DNA from: Trypethelium eluteriae
Taxonomy: Eukaryota
Length of the DNA stretch: 64,000 nucleotides
Reading direction: 5' to 3'
Assembly: GCA_051942245.1 (NCBI GenBank)
Contig: JAVECL010000002.1
Coordinates: 1-64,000, forward strand
A program made the position numbers and the translations under genes. Positions 37,131-51,382 of this stretch are shown piece after piece (within the stretch, counting starts at the first letter, position 1; each line of letters starts with the position of its first letter). The notes under the pieces were generated by a model. The model saw nothing but the letters and a program-made list of their open reading frames with translations, was not told the DNA's origin and did not search any database.

Positions 37131-39199
37131 GTCTTCTACAAGTGAGTCAGAAGGATGAAATAATGTCGAAGGGATCCTTTTCAGGAAACGAACCTTTGCC
37201 GTTTTCTGTGATTTTTCTGATTGCTTGGTAGAAACTCGACAGAAGTAATACGTCTTCAGCTTGAAGTCAGGTCAGAACTGGGGATAATCTCTCGAAGAAG
37301 TCGTCGTTGTGATGTCGTACCTCGTCTGAGATGTATGCTTCTTGCTGACTCTGTATCGCTGTTAGAGTTACTGCAACGGTAAAGGGTTTGAAGAATGGGA
37401 AGATAGATTATTGTAAGAGTGTTATGTGCAGAAGAATTGCGTAGAAGTGGGTGGGTGAGAGGGCTGAGCTTTTATATCTACCTATTTGATAGAGTTCAGG
37501 AACCGTGGACTTGACACATGGTTGTGATAGTACGTGGACGAATTTTGCGTTTGTGGGAGTGGATATTAGCATGTGGTAGCCCGTAACGACTCCAGGTGAT
37601 AGTAGCACTATGGAGATTAACTTTACCACTACCAGAACGATATCATTACCCATACTCGGTATTCGGTTCAAGGGGAAGAAAACAGAATAGGTAGCATGGG
37701 ACAGACTTTCTGGGCTCCATTCTTGTAGAACACATACCTGATTTGCAATGCTGACAGTTATACTCAAACAGTAAAGTGAGACAGGTTAACATGTGGGACG
37801 CCAACACTGTGCTTATAGCCGCTGTCAAGAGTGCTGTAGGGAATCCTAATAGCAGTAAGTTTGAATTAGTGAATGGAGCTTTGAGCACAGTCGTGTAGCG
37901 AACCAATCAAACATTGACCCAAACAGCCCAGTCGCCAGTTAGCTCAGCAGATTTGTAGTACATCACCGCAGCAGTATAAGCTTTTCGGAGAGCAACGTAA
38001 CGCCCTTCGGTGGCGTAAATAGCGTAAACTTTGCCTTAGAGACAGTAGACAACAGTATTAACGACCAAGAATAGGACAAATTGTGCATACTTTCGGGGAG
38101 GGTCGAGTGGCAAAACAGCTTTGAAGTTGGGTGTGATCGTTCTAGACGCTATTGACTGGCACCTCGAACCTAGCAAGAGTAACCTCCCAATCCCTCCACC
38201 GTTTGGGGAAAGCGCTTCGCGCGTTGTGCTGAGCTGTGGCAGGCAGCTGAGCGGACGCCGCCTACTTAGCCGCACGGCCACTGGCCAGCAGCGGCCAATC
38301 GCGACCAACGCCAATAAAGTAGACTCAAACTATCCACTCAATCAAGTCGGTAAACACAGTAGCATTTAATATACATGCCTGTGACTACCTGGCTAGCAAG
38401 CTCCTTCGTCCGAAGGTCGTAGGAGAATCGATGGTGGGCAGGACAGCATCGACGGATGGACAGGCCTAGAAGAGTGCACAGAAGCCTTTAGGACGCGGCA
38501 TTCGCGCATGCTCCGAACTCTCTTTAGTTGGGATGTATTCCAGCCACAGCAACGATGTGCCCCTCGCTAGATTAATTTTAGCCTCAGACAAGCTGCTTGA
38601 GCAACCTAAACAACCCCTGCAAGATCCTAGAAACCAACCGAATAAGGGAGAGAAAGCTGTAAACTGATGGGCTAGGGAGTCAGATGAACGGAAATATACT
38701 ATTGCAAGTATAATCTTTGGATAGAGAGAGTAGAAGGTACCACAGGGTCTTACTTTTCGAGCCTCTTACTGGGTGGCCATCGAGTATGCGGCAAGAGGAC
38801 TGGACTGATTTGATGGAGTACTACCCAATAGCATGCATTGACTGCTCATGAGGCATACTTTGAGCCCATGAGTAGCGTGGGCACGAGGCACGACGACTCG
38901 TTGCAGAGCAACGCAGCAAGTAGTCTCTGAATCCATGCAATTAATGCTGGTTATTACGCCAGCACCTTCATCTCAACCTGAGTCCTCCTTTCGGTGCATC
39001 GCGCAAGCATCCAGTCCCTTTATCTCCAAAAATAATCTCCTCAGTAGCTGGTTCGACTTTTTCCTTAGCTCTCTGTTGGACCTGAACCGTCGCCCACGAC
39101 CCCTTCCTTATGAAGAGAGACGGCAATACACAAGCTCAGAAAAGACCTTTGGTCCCGTGCTTGAGTTGTGTGCGCTAAGCGACCTCTGGTGGTGTAGAC

Positions 39200-41550
39200 C
39201 GCAACTTTCAGCAGGGCTCGCAGATTGTTATTTCATTGGGCTGGCATTCTGGCAAGACCATTGTCTGGTTGCCTCCTACCCGATCTGGGCATCTCGTCAC
39301 GAGCAGAACCGAAATGGTGAGGCTGCCATGACCGGAAAAGTCCAAACAAACGGTGGTCTGTGCGTCGCCCCTTGCTCGCGTGGTGTATTGACGGGTGGAA
39401 CCCTGAGGCTGGGAGCCCTACTTGGGACTGAACCCTAAACCCGGGAGGCGGGAAAACTTCGTAAGCAACGGCGCAACGGGCCGACCTGCTCTACTATACC
39501 TGAGGTACCTCCGGGCAATTTCAAGACGGTCCACTATTGTCCGAGGGTGCATCCAGCATAGATTCGTCCATTATTCCCTTGTCCTCTGGCATTTTCTCCC
39601 GGCGGTATTAATGTGAGCATGGCGCCATCTCCACAAGGTAACTCCGTTTGGTGCCGAGCAACTGGCACCATCCTACGCAGGCACTAGATGAAATTCCTGC
39701 AATGTATCTTGTCCTTGTCTCATTTATGAACGTAGGGCCGGAAAACATATGGGCGAACATAGCGCAATGAGTCCTCTGCGCTCTTACACTCCAGAGGGGT
39801 CACACAAAAAGCTCACCTTCCGGTGAAGGCGTTCGTGCGACTGAGAGATTGGCTGTGGATTCTGATACCCGTCGAACTCAAGAGCGTGAGGCTTCATGTT
39901 GATGCCATGATGAAAAGAGGCAATAATTGCTTGAGATTCGGGAGAGATTGAAGGGACTGATACGAGAGACTAGACAAGTCTGCACTGCCTAAGACAAAAG
40001 ACAACCAAATGGGGCAAAAACTATCATGGAAACAGCGGCGCATTCATGCAGAAGAGTCCAGAACTGAAAAATCGGCCGTGAAAATGAATATCAGTGTGCT
40101 TTGATTGCGCAAGCAAGATTTCATCCAATCGCATCTCTTGAAGCTGTTCCTAGATTGATGCAGATTGGGGCAAATCATAGATGCACTGAGTGACGGATCT
40201 GACGACAGAATGGAATTACGAAATGGCTTTGAAAATCTTTCTCAAAGCCGTAAATGTGCCATAGCTGTTGACGCACCATTGGAATCGTGAAGCGTGACGG
40301 TAGCGCAGAGATCAGAGCTTCTCCTTCCAGGTAGGTATGCTCATATGACCAGGATAAGTACCTGGGTAGGGCCTCGAAACTTGCATCGATCATCATTCCC
40401 TCTCGTACGGGAAACACCCTCCAATAATTCCCAATAAGATGTTACCCTTGATTTCTTCCTCTGGCGCGTATAGTTATGAAGCTCAGGGCCCTTTCCCTAC
40501 CAAATGACGTGTCCAGCCACGGGAAATTCGCCTGGCTTATGCGAGGCGAGAACTCTTAGCCATGTTGAGCTCGAACTGGTTTAGTGATGGTTGAGCCTGC
40601 TCAGCTTTGGATCATCTCCCGCCCTGTATTGCTTGTTATCATCCCTGACACACGGTCTACTTTCGGATAGCTTCAGTGGTGCAACGCTATGGTAGGAACG
40701 GGTGGATTGTGACTATTCGTAGGAATGCACTGAGCAGCCCGAGACACTACTTACATTTTTTCATGACAGCCGATAACCAGACGGCAAATTCGCCTTGAAA
40801 CGCTCTTTCTTTTGACCCCGAACCCGCCATGTCGTCTATTCATTTTGAGCTGACCGAGTTCTATGCAATCTGAGTGCAGACTGCCTCCTTGCAATACTTG
40901 GCCACTGATCGCATCCAAAAAGCATGACGGCCATCCGAGGAAGTCTTCATCTCTAGTTATCGAACGACGGTGTCTTACAGAGCTTCATTGTCCGGCTCAG
41001 AATTTTGTGCGGATTGTGCTGATGTTCAATGATCATTAGGGGATCATTGAATGGATTACACAGTGAACCAGCGTTAGCCTATTGGAAGTCGCAAGTAGCT
41101 CTTCAACAAGCGCTTCAGTGATCGGCCAATCCCTCAAATCCTAAGTAATCGTCTCCAAATGAAGTTAACGCGTAGATCTACCACTAACCAGGTATCTGGT
41201 AACGGTAAACCAGGCATTTTCTGCTCGATGTTGCCATGAGTGAACTGTCCAGCAAATTCCTCTGCTCAAGAGTGATTTGAGAACTTAGGATTTCGTGTCA
41301 GTCTATTTCTGCTATTGTACAGAGAAGAATAACAACCCAATTGACGCCAGTAATGCAACATACTGGGTATACGAACCTGAGCCACCTTTTCACTAAAATA
41401 TCAGGATGGTCGATCGAAATTCAACCCCACATTTTGGAACATCTGACCCTTCAGATTACCTCTTTCTGGGAGTGAGGCCCATGGTGTAGGCAAAATTTTA
41501 ATCCTACCAGGAAACCAAGGGCCTGATCTCCAGAGCCGAAAGAGTTAAGC
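39200..41550 (+). ncRNA. Candidate telomerase RNA / long structured ncRNA (boundaries approximate)
   Basis: ORF-poor region; AACCCTAA at 39431-39438 follows a hairpin (39401-39426) and is enclosed by helices 39388-39396/39867-39875 and 39375-39380/39885-39890; several further strong stems are present. Confidence 0.5.
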
Positions 41551-41635
41551 TTTTTCCAATATCACAGAAAGATTCATATCTGCCGCGATGTTCTTCTTGA
41601 CTTTATCCCGCCCTTCACCACTGAAGCAGATAGAT

Positions 41636-42578
41636 TTAGACAGGAAGGTTGAATCGTTTGCCTTGCAGAACCCTATGAAGTCGACGTTAGTCAATCTTGA
41701 CTTGTTCGAGGAAAAGGACAGCCCGAAGCGGACCACGATGACGGCACACTGACTTTGTGTAGTAGATATAGAAGAAATCCGAATACAGGATTGTCTGGAT
41801 AATGCCGGCGACGACTGCAATTGGGTCAAAATACCCCTCAGCAAAGTATCGGTACAGCCAGTTCGGGATATAGAGTGTTCTGTAGGCTCCCAAGGCAAAT
41901 AAATAATGTGTTGTTATTGTTTCTGCTTCGCCCGTACGCTGCAACATGAACAGCTGTGGAAGGATAGCGACGGATTCGAGCCAGATCGAGAATGCCCAGA
42001 GCATCTGCTTCATATCAGCATCTTCGCCGGAACTAAAAGCTTCCTGCTGTATCTCACCTCTGTCGGAGTGTATTTGTAAGGGAACAAAACGGCCATGGCT
42101 CCAGCAAAACCCAACAAGTATTGCACTTTGAAAGTATCCAGGTTCGGATCATGTGTAGGCTTATAGTCATTGAGCATCAGATAGACAATGTATGACGACG
42201 AGGCGATGAAGATAATCTTGAAGACGGTGTTGTAGAGGCTCTTTGGCTCGTAGAAGGTCCAGAAGAGATCAAGGTACCGTGTAATGTAGACAGTGAGATA
42301 GAGGAACTGCGATTTGAAGGATATACCAGATGCGCTCTTGAACTGATTGTCAGAGCGTCCCACCGAAGAACAAAGCCACAGGTGCAGCTTTCGAGTGTCC
42401 GGAAGTTTTCAGCTTACGTTCGATGTTTTCATCTTGTGGAGGAGAATCAGGATCGATACTAAATGGGACAAATCCCCTGCAAATAGAAAGCGAAAGCATC
42501 AGCAACTGGCCGAATGGGGCCAATTGGAGGGTCACAAGACGGCAGCAGTCGCGCACCTAGTATTCTGAAGATATTCAT
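41636..42578 (-). CDS. ERD2: ER lumen protein-retaining (HDEL/KDEL) receptor, multi-exon
   Basis: [82 protein letters not shown]; last exon [12 protein letters not shown]. Confidence 0.96.
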
Positions 42579-42988
42579 CACTTCTTGCCTCCGTCCACGT
42601 CTTGTGACGCAAAGCACATACACAATTTAGGATGAAAAATCAGTGCCAAATGTTTCTCTCGACCGAAGCGCGGAATTTTGCGCGAAGGGTGGTGGATCAA
42701 AGCAAGCGCAAGCCGAAGGCCAGAGGTTAAATTCAGGACAGGTAACTCTCTTGGGGCCGCAAAACGGCGGAATGAAGCTTGCTTGCCGGAGCGGCGTCGG
42801 TCCGCGCTGATTGGTGCATCGCGTCCGAATCCCTGTCCTACCCAACTACAACCATCAGCCCTGCAACAACTCGTCGCATCGCTTCATTTTGGCAAGTCAC
42901 AGCTTAACGTTAGTCCGGTTCGTGAGCTGTTATCTGCGCCTACTTGAGAGATGTCCTCGGTTGGAAGGGTGTTCTCTTTGAATCGATA

Positions 42989-45382
42989 ATGGGCTGGAAA
43001 GACGTTCTGAAACCCATTCGAGATCGATTAGATGACCTATTTCCTCCAAACGAACCGGGTCAAAAGCAGCGGGAGGCAAGACAACGACGGGACCTCCTCA
43101 AGGGATTCAAGTATCTCGAATCATTCGACGAATTAGAGGCATGGTCTCCTCAGGATGTAGATCCGCTACAGGTCTCGAATACCCCTCTCCTACCGCGAGA
43201 GTCTGCCAGTTCATTTGAGAAGGCCAATCTTACTCTTTTACACGATTATGCAGGTAATTATCATGACTATGAGTCGTCCCAAGGTGTAGATGTGGACGAG
43301 GAACGTTACTGCTGCGAGTATCTACAATTCGTGCATGTATTTGTATACTTCTCGCATAAGTTAGTCTGCATCCCACCACCATCATGGACGAACACGCTTC
43401 ACCGCAATGGAGTTAAGGTGCTTGGTACCTTCATTGTGGAGCCTGGCAGTTCAAATGTCGAAAGAATACTGCAGGCCGAGGAACATGAGAGTATTTCTCA
43501 GCAGAGTTCGCAAGTCTTCCTGATGGCAAGTCGATTGGCACAGATCGCCAGGGCTTATGGCTTTGACGGATGGTTGATCAATGTTGAGAAGACGTTTCCT
43601 CTGCATCACTGGAATCTCGGGAAGCTTGAGGGTTTCGTGGAGCAGTTGCGGAAGGATATGGGTGACGGCGGGTCCGTAATATGGTAAGTTATTCTATTTC
43701 AGTCATCGGCGTTTCGAAGTATCAAATCTATCGTCTGTTCATTCGACCAACGCTCTCTCAAGTCTTTGCAAATTATGTCAAAGGCAAAAGAGCAGGCTTC
43801 CTCGTTGAAGTCAGCAAATTCCACCGGCCGGTTGGCAGCTGTAATATGTTCGTACGCTTACTGCTCAAATAGGTATGATGCTCTAACCACTGAGAACAAA
43901 GTGATATATCAAAACGGTCTGACCAAAAAGAACCTTCCCTTCTTGAAATGCTCAGGAAGTCTCCTCACGAATTATTGCTGGGACCTAGACAAGCTTCGAG
44001 AGGCGAAAATCATGATAAGAGATAATTGCCTGAATGCGACCGACCTACTGTTCGGGGTCGATGTCTGGGCACAAACGAAACAGCCAAAACAAAACCCAAG
44101 GACTACATGGCCTCGGAATCATGGTGGTGGTACAAATAGTGGCTTAGCTGTCGCCGAGATTGCCAGTTGTCAATTATCTGTCGGAATTTTTGGTCCTGCA
44201 ATGCCTTATGAACACTTTGGCAGACATGGTAAAGCCGTTGATCGATCGATGTGGGAAGGCACGTCACTGCCAGAAGGTCTCAAATGTGACTGCGGCGATG
44301 ATTCTTCAGAGTTTCACGCAGAAAACCTTACCGCACCGATCACCAGATTTGCGAAGCAATTCCCGGCAGGTTCAAGATACTTTTTCTATACCAACTTTGA
44401 GCGTGCTTTCTCTCAAATGCCGCAGACTGGTAAAATCCGTGCCCAAATAGGATCGCAATCGGTCTTGCCGGGCCTAATTGATCACGATGTGCCGACAAAA
44501 AGACATATGATTAGTGGTGATCACAATCAGCATTGTTGCACGCTTCTCCTAGACCATCCTGCAAGAGTGCTGATTACTACCAAACGTTTGGAGCCGGGTC
44601 TTCAGGGAAGTTCTGGAGCAGTTTCCGGGCGTAATCGTTGTTTCACACTCTTTAAACTCGCCCTCTCCTGCGACCAGCCTCTCCGGGTATATCTCAGACT
44701 TCGCCCTCTACTTCCATACAGGCGGCTCGCGGTGGGCTGTGTTTCTGTCACTTTCGCCAATGACACCACAAGAGTCCTCAGAGACAGTCGACCGACGGAC
44801 GATGGATTCCACATTGTAGATACCGTGCTTCATGAGACGGCTGAAAAGGTCGATGGTACAATACTCGAAGACACAGATAATACCATCGTCACAGAACTTG
44901 GCGTCTCGCTAGATTCCTTTGATCACGACTTTCGCAATCCGGCTGATGTGCTCGAAATCTACGCAATATGCATCCAACCTGCACACGTTGCACAAAACTT
45001 ATATGGCATTAGTGATATCCATGTCGAAGATCGCAATGAGAGTCACTTCAAGCATATGCGTTTGTGTTGGAAAATCCACGAGCGGATTTCCAAGCATCGC
45101 GAGTGTCCTGTCGAGCATCCGCGATTTCCAGACGGGACGCTAGACAAGCGACCCTGGAGCGAAGTCACTGGCCCATTTTCCCATTTCAGGATACGCGTGA
45201 ATGGGGAAGAGGTTGGACGCGCTCATGCCTTGGAGTATGTCCTGCCTCAATCAATGTGGGGGAAGCTAAGGCGAGGGGAGGAATGCCAAGTTCAGATTAT
45301 AGGAGTAACGTTTTGGGGGGTGGAGTGGGAAAGCGACATTAGCGACTTGCCAGATGTAGCGCGCGATTGGGAATTCGTTTAG
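42989..45382 (+). CDS. Cytosolic endo-beta-N-acetylglucosaminidase, GH85
   Basis: HDYAGNY, FVYFSH, PPPSWTNTLHRNGVKVLGTFIVE, catalytic YGFDGWLINVE, VIW|YDA (intron 43684..43872), LTNYCW and FGVDVW motifs. Confidence 0.9.
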
Positions 45383-45551
45383 TGCGGTATGTGCGAGATT
45401 TTTGTGACGAGTTTAGAGCCAACATCGACGAACGTGGCACCATGCACGAATCTGGTAGCCTCTTTAACATTTTTGCTATGGTACATTTCCAGGTCGCTAT
45501 CTATGCTAAAGCCTCTACTCCCAATGCCAGAACTCCACTTAGAGGAAATCA

Positions 45552-47150
<1,599 letters not shown>

Positions 47151-47323
47151 GACGGACAAAGTTCCGTTGCAAAATCGCGACAGCTAGACTATGAGTGGAA
47201 GTTGATGATGGGCAGGAAGGAGGGTGCCGCATGTGCAACTCAGGCTTTGCGCGAAAGGGGAATGCGTGGCCGAAATGTTGTAAGTATTTTTCCGCCCAGG
47301 CTCAAAAGTTGCGTCGCGAGAAG

Positions 47324-47343
47324 TCGTGTCGTGTCGTGTCGTG
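47324..47343 (+). repeat. (TCGTG)4 microsatellite upstream of RVB2
   Basis: tcgtgtcgtgtcgtgtcgtg read directly from the sequence. Confidence 0.8.
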
Positions 47344-48288
47344 GTGCTTCCAAATTGAGTATGGCGTCCGCGGTGGGAATAAACTTACATGGTATCACAT
47401 TTCACCACGTTGTGTACCATTGAGCGAACAGGGTATCGGCGGTGTGGAAGAGTGGAAGGTTAGAAGAATCTTATCTCACTAGCTTCTGCACATCGGCTAA
47501 CCCATACTGGGATAGTGGCCACATGGTCGAATGAAGATGATGCAGGCATGCCCAAAGTGGGCGGAGGCCGCCCACTGCATGCCTGCCCGTGTGAAACCCA
47601 GAAACCGTTTCCGGCAGGTACTCTACTCCGTACTCCCTACAAGCTTCGGCAAGGTACTTTAATCACAATGATAAGCCAGATCTTCTTGACTTCTCGAAAG
47701 GACGAAATTTTGACGCCCTTGCTCTCGTCCTTCTTGATCTTTGAGTGTTTGACTTCGCCTCGCTCTGCATCAATGTTGTAATGGGCGAAAACCGCTTCAT
47801 GGTCCACCACACGCCAGATCCACAGCGCTGCGCTGTTTATAAATGCAGAGGGGTGGTACGTCCTGCATCCAGTGACTGTTCCATCCGTCAAAATACAGAC
47901 AAGCTTCAGTCTTTCCCAAATCACTGATTGACCCTGAGATGTAAACATTATACAGCGCCACCTCTACGGATTGCTGTTCACAATGCTGACCACAACTTGC
48001 TTCAGGCATTAGACATTGCACATTTTTCCTGCTGTTCTCTGGTGTTTTCACTGGCCATAACACTGGTACGTAGGAAACACATCTCAAATTCAGTGCCCGT
48101 ATCTGGGTAGCGCTTCGCGTCACGCGTCACGGGCCACTCGTGTCCATCGTGTTTACAACCTATTCCCACGAAGTATCCGCTTTTCAAGCCTCTTTTGCGG
48201 TTTAATAGCTAATACTCTCAGAATAATGCTTTGCAATGAGACTAATCTACTTCTAGTCAAGAACTCGACCTAAAGTCCCCCAGTCATC

Positions 48289-51200
48289 ATGGATGACAGT
48301 GTCAGTCCAAGAGGCCCAAAGCGGATGGCATCATCCGATCTATCTAATGATCCGAGCAAACCCGAAAAATTGAAAAGATCCGGCGGAGATCATAATGCCT
48401 TTTACGTTCGAGGTCCTGATAGAGATTATTTGAACGACTCACGTCAAGACTTTTCAACTTCTGCAGGTAGACAGACACACCCAGAATATGGACACGGGGA
48501 CATCGCCGCCAACAGCTCGCTCCAGACTTCCAAGTACCCGGTATCTTTAGATGGTTCGTGTAAAGATGGATCCAGCAGTGGAATGAAAGCTACAGAAGCA
48601 ATCATGAAGCCGCATGAGAACGCATTTTCTAGCCAAAAAGGGGGCGCCCAAGCCGTCAATCGTAGACCAGGTGAGTATCTCAATCCGAGATTAAAATTTA
48701 GAGATTACAAATAAGCTAATATCTAAGCAAGACCCCTTGCAGGTCGGCACTTCCAATCGTTCTCCTACTACTCCCAACGAGGAAATTGCAGCCCAATCTC
48801 GAGTTGTAAGCGATAACCTGATTCTGCAGTGTCCGAGTAGCTTAATGACTATTCAGGCCTCTGCGCCACCGTTGTCATTACCTGAACCTCCAGTCCAGAA
48901 TCTTTCAGCTTTGTCCCCCCGTCCATCCGTCACTTCAGAGGTACCGACTTTCTATGACACGATAACTGAGAACGCGTCTTTGTTACGACAAATCGCGTCG
49001 AAGACTCAGCAACATGAACAATTATTGTCGCGATATCAAGCAGTCGTTCACGATGAAGAGCAAAGCAGAGTCTTTTATCTTGACTTTCCTGCTCTGGAAA
49101 AATCAAAACAGTCAGCTGTCAGCAAAGCCAAAGTGGCATTGGAAAATTTAGAGCAAGATTTGAACAATCTCCAAGCGCAACACACGGAATCTCAACAACG
49201 CTTTGCCCTTTTTCTTGAAAGGAATATTTCCCAGAATTATACGAGCCAGAAAAATCAAAATGAAGCGCACCAAGCTCAAATTGCTGCCTTGCAAAATCAA
49301 ATTTGCAAATGTCAGGCGGACATCCAGTCGAAGGATGAGGCACTGAAATCAATCACCGGTCAACTAGACAAGATGAGAAAGGACTTCACGATAGACGCCA
49401 GGCAGGAGATTAGTGAACTACAGAAAAGCCTAAGTGATCTTCGCTCAAGCCATAAGGATGCTCTGCGCGATATAGGATATCTGCAAGCCGATTCGAGTCG
49501 TCTGAAGAAATTTAGAGGAGAGTTCACCTATGACGACTTGGACAAAATGTGGAAGCGTTCCAAGAGTGCTTCTGAAGGCATCAAGGACATTCGGGATCAG
49601 GACTTGGTACCGAAGAAAGATGTTGACGAGCTTAGAAGTTCCTTTGACAAACGTCTCGATTCAATAGCCCGGCGACTGGGAATGACAGAAGAACAAGGAG
49701 CGAGACTCGTTACATTAGGCTGTAAGTTAGAGGATCTCGAAAAGAAAACAGATCAGATAGCCAACCTCACATCTGGAGGATTCAACGGTCTGGTTCAAGC
49801 TTTGGCGAACTCTTCGCCTTCCATCCTTACAGAAATGCAAAGCTTCAAGCCAAAACTAACAGAGGTGAAAGGGGACGTCAAGAATTTAAAAGAGGCATTG
49901 GATCAGTGCATCCTGGATGTCAAAAAACTTGAGAATGACCGATTGAGTTCTCATCCGACGTCTTTGGCGTCTACTGATGAAGCTATGGCGCAAAATTTGG
50001 AGGAATTTGCGGAGACGCTCGATAATGAGGTCAAAGGGCGTGTGGACAAGACGCTCGCGGTTTTCCACTCTCGTGAAGATTTGGAAATGGCCCTAACACG
50101 CGTTCGACAGGACAATGGAGTTTTCGTTATGAAACAACTAGCAACCTTTGAACAGAAGGTGATGAGTTTACTGAAAGAAGACACTTCACGGATCAGACAG
50201 GACCTCACCGAATTGAAATCGCGGCCGATAGCGGAGGACATTTCAAGCTTCCACAATAGAGTTATGCTGGTTGAAGGAAAGATGGATGAGCTAGCCTCCA
50301 AATTGTTGGCGCAGCAGTCGCGACACTTTGCTGACAGAATCTCTCGGATTGAAAACGTCTTGAAAGCGATGTCCCCAAACCATGATCTTCCCACCAAAAG
50401 CTTTGGCGAGCCTTGCGGATCTACAACTCCAGCTATGGAAAATCCGGTACTTGATTCGCAACCTCAGCTGTCCGATTACGCTGCGACTGGCGTTGGCTCT
50501 GCAGGCGAAAAGTTTGCAACAGTCAAGTTCGTGCAAGATCGCCTTATGGAAGTGTTCATTGTCATCAACGGACTGAGGCAGGACACAAACACATACGATG
50601 AGCGTGTCCGGAAACACGATAGTCGCCTCGACGAAATCTGCAGGTCCTTAGAAACAGTCCGTGTCCCCATCCAGGGTCTCGAGAAGCGATTCAACGAACT
50701 GACAACCGACGATCTGCTGAGCTTGATCATGCATGAGATCAGCCGCACTTTCCCAGATGCTCGCAACCTTCAGCAAGTAATCAACCACTTTCATCGAATG
50801 ATGAATGAACTCCATAGCCCTGCGGGTACACTTGGCAAGCAGTCACGTTTGATCGACCAATTGTTGAAAGATGTGCATCATTTACAGCAGACCGTTCCAG
50901 CTAACGGCACAAACGGGATGGGTGACGCTATAATGCGTCATGAAGCAAAGATAGGCGAATTGGATAAGGCGCGTGAAGACCTTTCTCAACGTGTGGAGCG
51001 TGTCCTCCAGACACCAACCACTCTCTCAAGAAACGTGCTCGACGAGAGGCAATGCGTCCAAAACGCCCACGACAGCCACATCATCTATCCTGACAAGTTA
51101 CAACGGGACTTGGAGGAACTCGTGAAGCGGGTGAAGGAGATTGAAAATGTAGAAGGGACAGCGAGAGTGATTATCTTACTGAGGCGTCTCGAGCAAGACG

Positions 51201-51382
51201 TGCGCGAAATATCGACGCGTGTGGGTCAGCGCGAGAACTTGGTGGACACAGTTCAGGGGCAAGTACGGAGCTTGGAGGGTCAAGGAAATGCGCAGGGAGA
51301 TATGGTGGCAAAGATGGCGGCCGCGGTGGATGAGCTAAATGAGAAGATTGGGCTGCCGTCGATGTTTGAAGAATTGACCTGA
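48289..51382 (+). CDS. Large (~1000 aa) coiled-coil protein of unknown function
   Basis: ORF 48289..48670 joins ORF 48737..51382 in frame through intron 48671..48731 (GTGAGT...GCTAAT...AAG); extended heptad-like L/E/K/Q-rich segments. The N-terminus is uncertain. Confidence 0.72.

Noticed and set aside
38935..39438. 167-aa ORF overlapping the 5' part of the ncRNA candidate
   Set aside because: No protein-like motifs; probably incidental, though a coding precursor cannot be excluded.
40517..40536. GGGAAATTCG resembling RNase P CR-I (and GAAAAGTCC at ~39336 resembling RNase MRP CR-I)
   Set aside because: No matching CR-V/P4 partner was found; the motif is explained by a local hairpin.
40081..40846. 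10-bp inverted repeat AAAATGAATA / TATTCATTTT
   Set aside because: Short and AT-rich, and in the wrong order for a telomerase triple-helix pseudoknot; plausible by chance.
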